This document shows positions 33,117 through 42,147 of a stretch of 52,494 nucleotides of DNA, piece after piece (the first letter of the stretch is position 1; the number at the start of each line of letters is the position of its first letter). The position numbers were made by a program, and so were the translations under genes. Source of the DNA: Nitrospinota bacterium. Its GTDB lineage: Bacteria; JADFOP01. The DNA is taken from the NCBI GenBank assembly GCA_022562795.1, contig JADFOP010000010.1:1-52494 (forward strand), in the 5' to 3' direction. The notes under the pieces are model-generated. The model saw nothing but the letters and a program-made list of their open reading frames with translations, was not told the DNA's origin and made no database searches.

Positions 33117-33587
33117 TTAAGCCTCCTCGTCATCGCTGGCGGGGGCGGGGTTATCGGCCTGGGCAACGGCCTCGCCCTCCCGACTCCGAGCCAGCATCTG
33201 CCGCTGCAGGTATCCCTTAATCCCAAAGCGGACGGCGTTCAGCCCCAGCGTGGAGCAGCGAGGACGGGTCATGGCCAGCTCACGGCCCAAGATTTCGATG
33301 ACGGCGTCGAGGGGAATCGCCTGCACCTCCTCCAGCGACTTGCCCTCCACCATCTCCATTATCATCGATGTGCCCGCCATGCTGAGAGTACATCCTTCCC
33401 CCTCGAAGGAGACCCCCTCGACGACATCCTGATCATTGATTTTGAGGTAGACCGTCACAAGGTCGTCACAGCCGGGATTGCCGATCCTCTGGACCACGTC
33501 CGCGTCATCCATAGAGCCCCAGTTGATCGGGTCTTCATAGTGCTCCATGATTAACTCGATCTGCTCTTCTCGGCTGAGTTTGTTCAC
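33117..33587 (-). CDS. sufU: SufU/IscU-type Fe-S assembly or sulfur-transfer protein
   Basis: IMEHYEDPIN, NPGCDD, FEGEGCTLSMA, RPRC. Confidence 0.8.
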   Translation of the reverse strand: MNKLSREEQIELIMEHYEDPINWGSMDDADVVQRIGNPGCDDLVTVYLKINDQDVVEGVSFEGEGCTLSMAGTSMIMEMVEGKSLEEVQAIPLDAVIEILGRELAMTRPRCSTLGLNAVRFGIKGYLQRQMLARSREGEAVAQADNPAPASDDEEA

Positions 33588-33629
33588 GTCCTCTGCCTCC
33601 TGCCGACTTTTTGTGACGGGCCTCTGGGC

Positions 33630-33965
33630 TTATCCCAAAGGGGTGGGAAGGCCAAGTCGCTGACGGTGCGCCCGGCAGGCCTCCTTCTGGTGGGTCAGGA
33701 TGTGTAGCGGCGCACGGGGCTTCGCCGTGCACAGAAGGATGAAGCCTTCTTCCTGATCAGCTGAATAGTACCGCAGGGAATCTGTGTGGTCGACCTCCCC
33801 TGATAGGAGCCGGCCGGCACAGGTTACGCACCACCCTACCAGGCAGCTAGCCGGCAGGTCATAACCAGCCTGCCAGGCAGCGTCCAGGATGTACTCATCC
33901 TCTGCCACCTCGATGGTGGCCACGGTGACGCCGTCGGTCAGAACGACCGGATAGGTTTGTGCCAC
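33630..33965 (-). CDS. Plant-type [2Fe-2S] ferredoxin
   Basis: LPASCLVGWCVTCAGR...ILLC. Confidence 0.9.
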   Translation of the reverse strand: MAQTYPVVLTDGVTVATIEVAEDEYILDAAWQAGYDLPASCLVGWCVTCAGRLLSGEVDHTDSLRYYSADQEEGFILLCTAKPRAPLHILTHQKEACRAHRQRLGLPTPLG

Positions 33966-33971
33966 GATCGC

Positions 33972-34595
33972 TTATGGGTTGTAGAAGGGCGTGTTCCTGC
34001 TGTATGGTGCCTCTCCCGGTGTGCCCCGACGGAAGTGTCCAGAGGGCCGGACGATGCCATCCCGCTCCATGCTCAGAAGCTCGATGAACCAAGCCTCGTG
34101 CTCGATCTCCTCGTTGAGGATTCGGGCCGCCATATCGTAGGTCCGTGGGTCCTTGCCCGCGGTCATATCGCAGACTTCATTCCAGGTCCGTATCGCGCAG
34201 CGCTCGGCCTCAAGCAGGACTTCCAGGATATTTGCAGCGGTGGGCTCTTCCGGCAGGTAGGCGTCCGGACAGCTGGAGCGGTCGGCAAACGCCCGGATGT
34301 CCCGTGGGAGGCTGCCGCCCAGTTCATAGATTCGGGGCATGATCAGCTCGAAGTGGGCCCGGTCCTCTATGCGGGCATCCTCACAGATCTCCTTGTAGTC
34401 CTCATTACCCGCCAGGTACATCCGGAGGATGGTGTAGTAGTAGTAGGTCGTGAACTCCGCCCCGGCCGCATCGATCAGCTTCTCCACCAACTCCTCAACA
34501 TTCACACCACGGGCCACGATCTGCTCCACACCCACGCGCTGGGTGGTATCACCAGGCTTGACCCGTCCCTTGGCATGCGGTTTCTCCGTAGCCAT
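33972..34595 (-). CDS. DPS-like ferritin (DpsL/thioferritin-type)
   Basis: [48 protein letters not shown]. Confidence 0.88.
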   Translation of the reverse strand: MATEKPHAKGRVKPGDTTQRVGVEQIVARGVNVEELVEKLIDAAGAEFTTYYYYTILRMYLAGNEDYKEICEDARIEDRAHFELIMPRIYELGGSLPRDIRAFADRSSCPDAYLPEEPTAANILEVLLEAERCAIRTWNEVCDMTAGKDPRTYDMAARILNEEIEHEAWFIELLSMERDGIVRPSGHFRRGTPGEAPYSRNTPFYNP

Positions 34596-34773
34596 ACGTG
34601 TTCCTCCCTTCTCTCAGCTAGAGTAAGTCAAAACCAGAATGACCAAATGCTGAAGACAGCCGCCCGCGGCTGGCCTGGGCGCTATTGGGGCAGCTCCGGG
34701 CCTAGGGCCTCCATGGCGATATCTCCCGTCAGACAGGTCCGCGGCGGCGTCCTCCGCCCGGCCCTTAGTCCCT

Positions 34774-35640
34774 TTACGGCTTCTCTATGGGCGCCCTTAC
34801 GAGGTTGCCCCACTCGGTCCAGGAGCCGTCGTAGTTGCGCACCTCCTGGTAGCCCAGCAGGTAGGTCAAGACGAACCAGGTATGAGAGGACCGCTCGCCA
34901 ATGCGGCAGTACGCGATGATATCGTCGGCGGGGTCCAGATTGTTCTGTTCCTTGTAGATGGACCAGAGCTCCTCGGCCGACTTGAAGGTCTGGTCCTCGT
35001 TGACCGCCGTCCCCCAAGGGATGCTGGCCGCGCCCGGAATGTGGCCGCCGCGGAGAGCGCCCTCCTGCGGGTACTCCTCCATGTGAAGGAGCTCACCCGT
35101 AAACTCCCCTGGGGAGCGCACGTCCACCAAGGGCTTCTGCCCCTCAAGGTGCTTATCGACGTCCTCGCGGAACGCCCGTATCGTCTCCTCGTGAGTGCTT
35201 GTTACCTTATAGTCGGTGGCCGGGTAGGCGGGGACCTCTTTGCTGAACTCACGCCCCTCGTCGATCCACTTCTGGCGACCGCCGTCCATGATGCGGCACT
35301 TCTCGTGGCCGAAGAGCTTGAAGACCCAAAAGGCGTAGGTTGCCCACCAGTTGCTTTTGTCACCGTAAAAGACCACGGTGTGATCGTTGGCGATCCCTTT
35401 TTCAGAGACAAGCTGCTCGAAGGCTCCGGCATTAACGTAGTCCCGGATGAGCTGGTCCTGGAGTTCGGTCTGCCAGTCCACCTTCACGGCCCCTGGGACG
35501 TGGCCCACTTCATATAGGATGACGTCCTCGTCGGACTCCACTATACGGATTTCCGGGTCATCGAGGTGCTCCTCCACCCACTCCGTCGTCACTAAAACAT
35601 CTGGATTGACGTACTCTTTCACTGTTCTTTCCTCCATCAT
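34774..35640 (-). CDS. Tandem-domain rhodanese/thiosulfate sulfurtransferase (SseA/CysA type)
   Basis: [20 protein letters not shown], active loop [16 protein letters not shown]. Confidence 0.93.
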   Translation of the reverse strand: MMEERTVKEYVNPDVLVTTEWVEEHLDDPEIRIVESDEDVILYEVGHVPGAVKVDWQTELQDQLIRDYVNAGAFEQLVSEKGIANDHTVVFYGDKSNWWATYAFWVFKLFGHEKCRIMDGGRQKWIDEGREFSKEVPAYPATDYKVTSTHEETIRAFREDVDKHLEGQKPLVDVRSPGEFTGELLHMEEYPQEGALRGGHIPGAASIPWGTAVNEDQTFKSAEELWSIYKEQNNLDPADDIIAYCRIGERSSHTWFVLTYLLGYQEVRNYDGSWTEWGNLVRAPIEKP

Positions 35641-35692
35641 GATTTTGATCGGAAATCGGGAGCAGGTTAATCCTTAATCATCTATTCCAAGT

Positions 35693-35723
35693 TGTCAAGA
35701 ATAAAGTTGACTAAAAAGTTCAA
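35693..35723 (-). promoter_or_regulatory. Internal promoter (-35 TTGACA) with IscR/Rrf2-like inverted repeat upstream of the rhodanese gene
   Basis: TTGACA on the minus strand at 35698-35693; TTGACT-AAAAA-GTTCAA at 35707-35723 resembles the IscR type-1 core. Confidence 0.45.
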
Positions 35724-35777
35724 GAAATTTTGAGGGCCTTCTACCGCCCCCCATATTGCTGTTAGAGTATCCGACGC

Positions 35778-37157
35778 CTACCGGGGGATAAGCGCCGCAT
35801 CTACGGCCTTCCGCAGGCGTCGCTCGATGACATCCGCTGTTATGCGCTGCAAGACCTGCTGGAAGAACCCCTCGACGATTATTCTTTGGGCGACATCGGG
35901 CGGCACCCCTCGGCTTCGAAGGTAAAAGAGCTGTTCCTTATCTAGCTGGCTGGCCGTGGCCGCGTGAGTGCAGCGGACCTCGTTGGCCTCGATCTGGAGC
36001 CCTGGAATTGAGTCGGCCCGGGCCCTCCTGTCCAACAGGAGGTTGTTGTTGACCTGATATGCGTCGGTCCCATCGGCCCCAGGGGCTACCCGGATCATGC
36101 CCCGCCAGACGGAGCGGGCTCTGTCGTTGAAGGTGCCTTTATAGAGCAGGTCGGAAGTGCAGTCGCGTGCCTGGTGGTCCTGATAGGTCTCGTAATCGAG
36201 ATGCTGGCGGCGGGTTCCCAACAGGAGGGCCAGCATCTCGGCCCGACCGCCCCGGTCCTGAAGCTCCACTTCCTGAAAAACCTTTGAGAGGCGGCTCCCC
36301 CAAAGCCCCGATACCCATTGGAGATGGCTGTCGCGGCCGAGGTGGGCCCGGTGGGTGGCGAAGTTCCAAACGCTCTGACCCCAAGCCTGTATGTGGCCGA
36401 ACTGGACATTCGCGCCGGGGCCGATGAAGAGCTCCACCCCGCCGACATGGAGGCCGGGGCCCATCCCGTTCTTGGAGGATAGCTCTTCGAGGAGCGTGAC
36501 CTGGCTATTATCCCCGGCGACGACCAGCGTGTGGGAGCTGTCGGCCACCTGCCCTGCGCGGAAGCTGACAACGGACTGGAGGGGGACGTCCACCACCACC
36601 CCCGGCGGAACGTAGAGGAACGTCCCCCCGGTGCAAAAGGCCCCGTGCAGTGCGGCGAACTTCTGCCCCCCTTCCGTAATCTTCCCCGTGAGATAGTAGC
36701 GCTCCAGCAGGTCCGAGTGTTGCCGGACGGCTGTGCCGATGTCGGTGAAGATAACCCCCCGGCGGGCCAAGTCCTCGTTTAGGTGGACGTGGACGGCGGT
36801 GCCGTTGGCGTGCACGACCACGTTCTCGGTGGCCGGCCCGCGTGGGATGGGAAGGGCCACGCCACGGGGTTTGGCGTCGAGATACTTCTCAGGCACATTC
36901 TGAGCCAAGGCCGACGCGAAAGAGCCGATCTCCAGGGCCCGGATGTCGGTCCGCCGCCAGGATTCATCGTCCGCCTTGGGCATGGGCAGGCGGACGAAAT
37001 CCTCCCAGGACGCCTCGCGCCGCTTACGCATCCAGGCCGGCTCGTCGCCCCTGGCGGCCAATAGATTGACGAAGGCCTCGGAGAAAGCCTGCGTGGTCTC
37101 CTCCGAGGCCAGAGATGCGGCGGCGGCCTCCGGCCTCTCCGCCTTTTTTCGGCTCAT
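35778..37157 (-). CDS. sufD: Fe-S cluster assembly protein SufD
   Basis: ESWRRTD, KFAALHGA, CTSDLLYKG, DSIPGLQIEANEVRCTHAAT, LFYLRSRG. Confidence 0.95.
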   Translation of the reverse strand: MSRKKAERPEAAAASLASEETTQAFSEAFVNLLAARGDEPAWMRKRREASWEDFVRLPMPKADDESWRRTDIRALEIGSFASALAQNVPEKYLDAKPRGVALPIPRGPATENVVVHANGTAVHVHLNEDLARRGVIFTDIGTAVRQHSDLLERYYLTGKITEGGQKFAALHGAFCTGGTFLYVPPGVVVDVPLQSVVSFRAGQVADSSHTLVVAGDNSQVTLLEELSSKNGMGPGLHVGGVELFIGPGANVQFGHIQAWGQSVWNFATHRAHLGRDSHLQWVSGLWGSRLSKVFQEVELQDRGGRAEMLALLLGTRRQHLDYETYQDHQARDCTSDLLYKGTFNDRARSVWRGMIRVAPGADGTDAYQVNNNLLLDRRARADSIPGLQIEANEVRCTHAATASQLDKEQLFYLRSRGVPPDVAQRIIVEGFFQQVLQRITADVIERRLRKAVDAALIPR

Positions 37158-37216
37158 GGTCGTGCCTGCTCCTTTTCCGGTCGCCTAAGGTGTCTGTAAT
37201 TCTCGTTGAGGGCCGA

Positions 37217-38683
37217 TTAGCCCACGGAGCCTTCCATCTGGAGCTGGATGAGCCGGTTCATCTCGACTGCGTACTCCATCGGCAGCTCCCTCACGAGGGG
37301 CTCGATGAAGCCTCTGACAATCATGTTGGAGGCTTCCGCTTCACTAAGCCCGCGGCTCATGAGGTAGAAGAGCTGCTCGTCGCCGATCTTGCTCACCGTA
37401 GCCTCGTGCGCGATGGTCACCTCCTGCTCGTCGACTTCGATGTACGGGTAGGTGTCCGAGCGCGATTCCGCGTCCAGAATGAGGGCGTCGCAGACGACGG
37501 TGGACTTGGAGCCCACCGCCCCCTTGGCCACCTTCAGCAGCCCGCGGTAGCTGGCCCTCCCTCCGTTCTTGGCGATGGACTTGGATGTAATGACCGACGT
37601 GGTGTAGGGCGCAGCATGGATGACCTTCCCGCCGGCGTCTTGATGCTGGCCTCTGGAGGCGAAGGCGATGGAGAGAATCTCGCCGTGGGCGCCGGGCTCC
37701 ATCATGTAGACGCTGGGGTACTTCATGGTGAGCTTGCTGCCCAGGTTGCCGTCGACCCACTCCATCGTGGCATCCCGGTAGGCCACCGCCCGCTTCGTAA
37801 CGAGATTGTAGACGTTGTTGGACCAGTTCTGGATTGTCGTGTATCGCACCCGGGAGCCGGCCTTACAGATAATTTCCACCACGGCGCTGTGGAGCGAATC
37901 GGTTTCGAAGCTGGGCGCCGTGCAGCCCTCCACGTAGTGGACCTCGGCCCCCTCCTCGGCGATGATGATGGTGCGCTCGAACTGGCCCATCTTCTCGGAG
38001 TTAATGCGGAAGTAGGCCTGCAGAGGGATATCGACCTTGACACCCGCAGGGATGTAGACGAAGCTGCCGCCGCTCCAGACAGCAGTATTGAGGGCGGCAA
38101 ACTTGTTGTCCGCCGAGGGGATGATGCTGGTGAAGTACTCCCGGACGACATCGGGGTGTTCACGCAAAGCGCTGTCCATGTCGAGGAAGATGACCCCCTG
38201 GTCCGAGAGCTCCTTCTTCAGGCTGTGGTAGACGACCTCCGAGTCGTACTGGGCCCCTACCCCCCCGAGGAACTTCTGCTCGTCCTCGGGGATGCCGATC
38301 CGGTCGAAGGTCTCCTTGATGTTATCCGGAACCTCGTCCCACGTCTTGCCTTGGCTATCGGTCGGCCTGACGTAGTAATAGATGTCGTCGAAGTCCAGAG
38401 TGTTCAGATCCCCGCCCCACTGGGGAAGGGGCTTGGAGTAGAAAATCTCCAGGGCCTCCAGGCGGAGTTTTAGCATCCACTCAGGCTCTTCCTTAATCCA
38501 GGAGATCTCCTCCACGACCTCCTTTCTAAGCCCCTTGCTGGAGCGGAAGACTGACTCATCAGGGTAATGGAAGCCGTACTGGTAATCCCCGGTATCCTCT
38601 GACCCCTTCACCGGGACCGCCTGATCGATGGCGTCCTGGATTTTGGCCAAATCCGGCATTCCTTTCATTGATTCAGCAGCCAT
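37217..38683 (-). CDS. sufB: Fe-S cluster assembly protein SufB
   Basis: [45 protein letters not shown]. Confidence 0.98.
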   Translation of the reverse strand: MAAESMKGMPDLAKIQDAIDQAVPVKGSEDTGDYQYGFHYPDESVFRSSKGLRKEVVEEISWIKEEPEWMLKLRLEALEIFYSKPLPQWGGDLNTLDFDDIYYYVRPTDSQGKTWDEVPDNIKETFDRIGIPEDEQKFLGGVGAQYDSEVVYHSLKKELSDQGVIFLDMDSALREHPDVVREYFTSIIPSADNKFAALNTAVWSGGSFVYIPAGVKVDIPLQAYFRINSEKMGQFERTIIIAEEGAEVHYVEGCTAPSFETDSLHSAVVEIICKAGSRVRYTTIQNWSNNVYNLVTKRAVAYRDATMEWVDGNLGSKLTMKYPSVYMMEPGAHGEILSIAFASRGQHQDAGGKVIHAAPYTTSVITSKSIAKNGGRASYRGLLKVAKGAVGSKSTVVCDALILDAESRSDTYPYIEVDEQEVTIAHEATVSKIGDEQLFYLMSRGLSEAEASNMIVRGFIEPLVRELPMEYAVEMNRLIQLQMEGSVG

Positions 38684-38743
38684 TTCACCTTTCCTCCTTT
38701 ACGATGTTATGCAGCTTGATGGAAGCGGCGTTTTCTCGTTATT

Positions 38744-39517
38744 CTACGACGCCAACTCCTTGACCATGTCGTAGCCTTTGGCTTCAAGCTCGTGGGCCAG
38801 CTCCGGGCCGCCCGAGCGGACAATTCGCCCGTCCAGCATGATGTGGACGAAGTCAGGTTTGATGTAATTAAGAATACGCTGGTAATGCGTGATTAGCAAC
38901 ACCCCGAGCTCGCTGCTCATCTGCCGGTTGACCCCTTCGGCCACGGCCTGGAGGGCGTCGATGTCTAGCCCCGAGTCGGTCTCATCCAGGACGGCCATAC
39001 GGGGCTTAAGCAGGGCCATCTGGAGAATCTCGGCCCGCTTCTTCTCCCCGCCCGAAAACCCGTCGTTCAGGTGGCGCCTGGCGAAAGCGGTGTCGATTCC
39101 GAGCTCCGTCATCCGCTCAATGATCTCCTTTCGGAACTCCCGCATGGGAATGAGGTTTGTGGTCCGGCCTTCCTCGGAAGGCCCAAGCCGGATCGAGCTG
39201 ACAGCCGTCCGGAGGAAGTCAGCCACGCTGACCCCGGGAACGGCGGTCGGGTACTGGAAGGCAAGGAAGAGGCCTTTTCGGGCCCGCTCGTCGGGCTCCA
39301 TCTCCAGGATGTTCTCCCCGTCGAGCAGCACCTCCCCCTCATCCACCTCATAGGAGGGATGGCCCATAAGGACGTAGGCCAGGGTGCTCTTACCCGAACC
39401 GTTGGGCCCCATGAGGGAATGAATCTCTCCCGCCCGGACCGTAAGGTCGACCCCCTTCAAGATTTGGTTGCCCTCCACGCTCGCGTGGAGGTTACGGATA
39501 ACCAGTTCCGCTCCCAT
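38744..39517 (-). CDS. sufC: Fe-S cluster assembly ATPase SufC
   Basis: [45 protein letters not shown]; start at ATG 39517. Confidence 0.97.
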   Translation of the reverse strand: MGAELVIRNLHASVEGNQILKGVDLTVRAGEIHSLMGPNGSGKSTLAYVLMGHPSYEVDEGEVLLDGENILEMEPDERARKGLFLAFQYPTAVPGVSVADFLRTAVSSIRLGPSEEGRTTNLIPMREFRKEIIERMTELGIDTAFARRHLNDGFSGGEKKRAEILQMALLKPRMAVLDETDSGLDIDALQAVAEGVNRQMSSELGVLLITHYQRILNYIKPDFVHIMLDGRIVRSGGPELAHELEAKGYDMVKELAS

Positions 39518-39578
39518 ATTAGCTATAATTCCTCTCTCATCAGTCCTATCGGTTTCATACAGCGAACCTCGGGCCAGC

Positions 39579-40238
39579 CTACCCAGAGGCCTCAGCCTCA
39601 CTCTCGGGGGCCGCAACAGCGTATACGCAGGACGTCTGCTCCTCATCCAGGATGCACTGGTGGAGCTCGACCCTGGACTGCAGGAGGTTCTCCAACATAG
39701 TTCGCTCCATCTCGCAGATAGCCGGGTAGGTGGCCACGACCTCATGGTACGGGCAGTTATACATGTTCAGAGTGTAGCCCTCCGGGGCCGGTTCCACCTC
39801 TGTCAAATGCCCTCGCCCGGTCAATTGCTTCGCCAAATAAGCAAGCCGGTCGGCCAGCGGTTGGCCGACAGGCAGGGGCCCGAAGGTGTCGGCCAGCTTT
39901 CTGCCGACACGTCCCAGGAGGTTTCGTAGCCTGGCCTCGCCTTCGGTGGCCTGTATCTCATCGAGCACACCCATAAGGAGCGTTTCGTACTCCCGGGCGA
40001 AGAGCTTGTTGCCCTCGGCGGAGAGAGAGTAAAGTCCCCTGGGCCGCCCCACGCCCCGGCTCTCAATGGTCCGCTCCACGAGCCCCTTGGCCTCCAAGGC
40101 CGAAAGCTGCTGGCGAACGGCCGTGCGGGTCACTCCCAGGGCTTCCTGGAGCTCCTTGATGGTCATCCTGCCGTGGCGCTTGAGGCTCCGAACCAGCGCC
40201 TCGGCCGGCGAAGATTTTCCTATCGCCATCGAACCCAT
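39579..40238 (-). CDS. sufR: SufR-type winged-helix Fe-S regulator
   Basis: N-terminal HTH ([17 protein letters not shown]), NCPY...ICEME...C...C; heads the suf operon. Confidence 0.85.
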   Translation of the reverse strand: MGSMAIGKSSPAEALVRSLKRHGRMTIKELQEALGVTRTAVRQQLSALEAKGLVERTIESRGVGRPRGLYSLSAEGNKLFAREYETLLMGVLDEIQATEGEARLRNLLGRVGRKLADTFGPLPVGQPLADRLAYLAKQLTGRGHLTEVEPAPEGYTLNMYNCPYHEVVATYPAICEMERTMLENLLQSRVELHQCILDEEQTSCVYAVAAPESEAEASG

Positions 40239-40293
40239 TGATTTTACTCACGCTTTAAAAGGGCCGTCGGGCTCTTGCCCGTTGCCTATAGAG

Positions 40294-40322
40294 AATATAG
40301 GAGGGAATCCTAATAATGTCAA
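40294..40322 (-). promoter_or_regulatory. sigma70 promoter of sufR-sufCBD
   Basis: TTGACA-17 bp-TATATT on the minus strand. Confidence 0.75.
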
Positions 40323-40477
40323 CTCCTTATGCCAAAATTTCTGTTAGGTGGACGCGTCAGCCGTCCCATTACGCTCGAATGGTGTCGGGGTCCGGGGGTC
40401 GCAAGTCCGCCTGAGGCGGAAGGCGAAATCACCAGGCATATTTATCTAGGAATAATAAAGATTTGAGGATGATTTCT

Positions 40478-41656
40478 TCAGGTAACTTCGAACATTCTGT
40501 CTATGGCCAATTTGGCCAGGTCGGCAACGGATTTTTGAATATGGATAACATCTTCATCCTGATAAGGGTCTTTGGGCTCGCAGCAGTCGTCACAGAGAAT
40601 AATCTCCAGCCGATCTCTTCGAAGGGAGTCGAGCAGCTTCTCAAGGGTGTTTTCCTTCATGTAACTACATTCGGCGTCCAACGACACCGGCATGAATTTC
40701 TTCTCGGGGATCTCTTTTCTCAGCCGATAGACCATCCCCTTCTCCGTCGCGACGATGAACTCCCCGGCCGGAGAGACCCTTGCCCGCTCGACCATCTGCT
40801 CGGTAGAGAGAAAGTAGGCCCTCTCGTGGGGGATGATGCCGGCGTGAAGCTTATACAGGCAAGAGGAGGCGCAGCCGCATTCGGGATGAATCATCAATTC
40901 GGCCTCCGGATTCTCCTCGAGGGCGATATCCACGGCGTCTTGGCCAATCTTTTCATGCACGTAGCAGGCGGCTTGGTATCCGTCCTTTTGATACTGATAG
41001 ACCTCCACCAGGTCGGCATCGACCCCCTGCTCCACCGCCTTGGCTTTCATTACGTAACCCAAAAATTTATCGGGCAAGACCAGAATCTTTTTCCCGGGAT
41101 TTTCCGAATTAGCGCGGACGATTATTTTATCGGTGTTCCGCGATGTCGAGATATAATCACTGATGGATTTCGTGTATGGGTCGCTGTTAACGTACGTGAC
41201 CAGCAGACCATCCTCATTTTCCCTCTTCCAGTTCTCAAGCCAATTGTAATCCGTCCCAAATACGAGGGAGCATCCAAGGACCTGGGGAGCGTCGGGAACA
41301 AACACCCGCGTGGCATCCCCCGTAATAATTTTCGCGGTCGCGCCCATGAAATAGACGCTCTCGAAATCAACCCGCCTGGCCCCTGTGTCCTTAACGTAAA
41401 AGCTCAGGCCAAGTGAGTCCCCGACTTTATCGGCAATTTCGTGAAATTCAGGATAGAGATAATTGTGGGCGACGATCGTAGAGTGCTTCTCCCGCGCCAG
41501 GTCGATAATCTCCAAGGCGAGCTCGGCCAGCTCCAAGCATTTCTCCTGCGTGTACCTGCCGGGGTAGAGGTCCTCGGCATGCCGTGAGAACAGCTCATAC
41601 CACCGGCTCGCGAGCCCCATGGCCGACATTGTTAGCAATCCGCTGTGACTGTTCAT
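40478..41656 (-). CDS. nadA: Quinolinate synthase
   Basis: AHNY, GDSL, GCSL, YVNS, CYVH, HPEC, ATEKG, CSYMK. Confidence 0.93.
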   Translation of the reverse strand: MNSHSGLLTMSAMGLASRWYELFSRHAEDLYPGRYTQEKCLELAELALEIIDLAREKHSTIVAHNYLYPEFHEIADKVGDSLGLSFYVKDTGARRVDFESVYFMGATAKIITGDATRVFVPDAPQVLGCSLVFGTDYNWLENWKRENEDGLLVTYVNSDPYTKSISDYISTSRNTDKIIVRANSENPGKKILVLPDKFLGYVMKAKAVEQGVDADLVEVYQYQKDGYQAACYVHEKIGQDAVDIALEENPEAELMIHPECGCASSCLYKLHAGIIPHERAYFLSTEQMVERARVSPAGEFIVATEKGMVYRLRKEIPEKKFMPVSLDAECSYMKENTLEKLLDSLRRDRLEIILCDDCCEPKDPYQDEDVIHIQKSVADLAKLAIDRMFEVT

Positions 41657-41700
41657 AGGAAATTCTCGACCGTAAGACCTTAAATCGCCTCGCCTCTCTT

Positions 41701-41728
41701 AATGTAGCTCAGCAGCGAGTCGTGTCAA
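41701..41728 (-). promoter_or_regulatory. sigma70 promoter of nadA
   Basis: TTGACA-16 bp-TACATT. Confidence 0.6.
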
Positions 41729-41814
41729 CCCCTGGGCCTCCTTGCCGGCACGGTGCTTTACCAAAGGCTTCCGGCCCACAAAAGGCGGCCGCCAAAAAAA
41801 GTTGTTGAACCCCC

Positions 41815-41843
41815 TTGATGCGCGAGACATATTTATTTATACT
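41815..41843 (+). promoter_or_regulatory. sigma70 promoter of the structured leader / radical SAM gene
   Basis: TTGATG-17 bp-TATACT; predicted +1 near 41850. Confidence 0.65.
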
Positions 41844-41850
41844 TAAGCAT

Positions 41851-42125
41851 CTTAGTGCCTTGGCAGGCTCTGACTACCTCCAGCGAGGCGATGTTACACC
41901 ATCAAGGGCACTAGGTTTCACGCACCCCTGGACGGGAGGGTTATCTTCTTGGGGGGGTTGGCCCTCACCTTGGGACCGTCCAGGTGCTCAATGAAGCTTA
42001 AAGATATTTAGATTATCTAATCACGGAGGCCGGGTTCGGGGGCTTATCCAACCTCCGGCCCCGCATACTAACCAGCGGTCTTATTAATACGTCCAGCCGT
42101 GCCCCAGTGGAGGGCGCGAGGCCCG
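41851..42125 (+). ncRNA. Candidate structured 5' leader or ncRNA of unknown family
   Basis: Three consecutive long stem domains (41851-41915, 41922-41987, about 42024-42125) with G-U pairs favouring the plus strand. Confidence 0.45.
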
Positions 42126-42147
42126 ACGAAATAAAAGGAGAAGCCCG

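Noticed and set aside
37115-38473. Long antisense or alternate-frame ORFs (also 8113-9309, 25014-25958, 33957-34919, 40463-41416, 51063-51998)
   Set aside because: They shadow well-supported genes in GC-rich DNA and have no recognisable motifs.
37217-38683. Intein in SufB
   Set aside because: Normal length (488 aa) with contiguous motifs and no splicing signatures.
41862-41875. B12-box-like AGTCAGAGCCTGCC on the minus strand (cobalamin riboswitch)
   Set aside because: Wrong strand for the B12 enzyme, upstream of the nadA promoter, shorter than the consensus, and lacking the GGGAA/CGGTG core elements.
41657-41990. NAD+-I (nadA motif) riboswitch upstream of nadA
   Set aside because: The predicted nadA promoter leaves only a short leader, the stems favour the opposite strand, and I could not see the conserved aptamer sequence.
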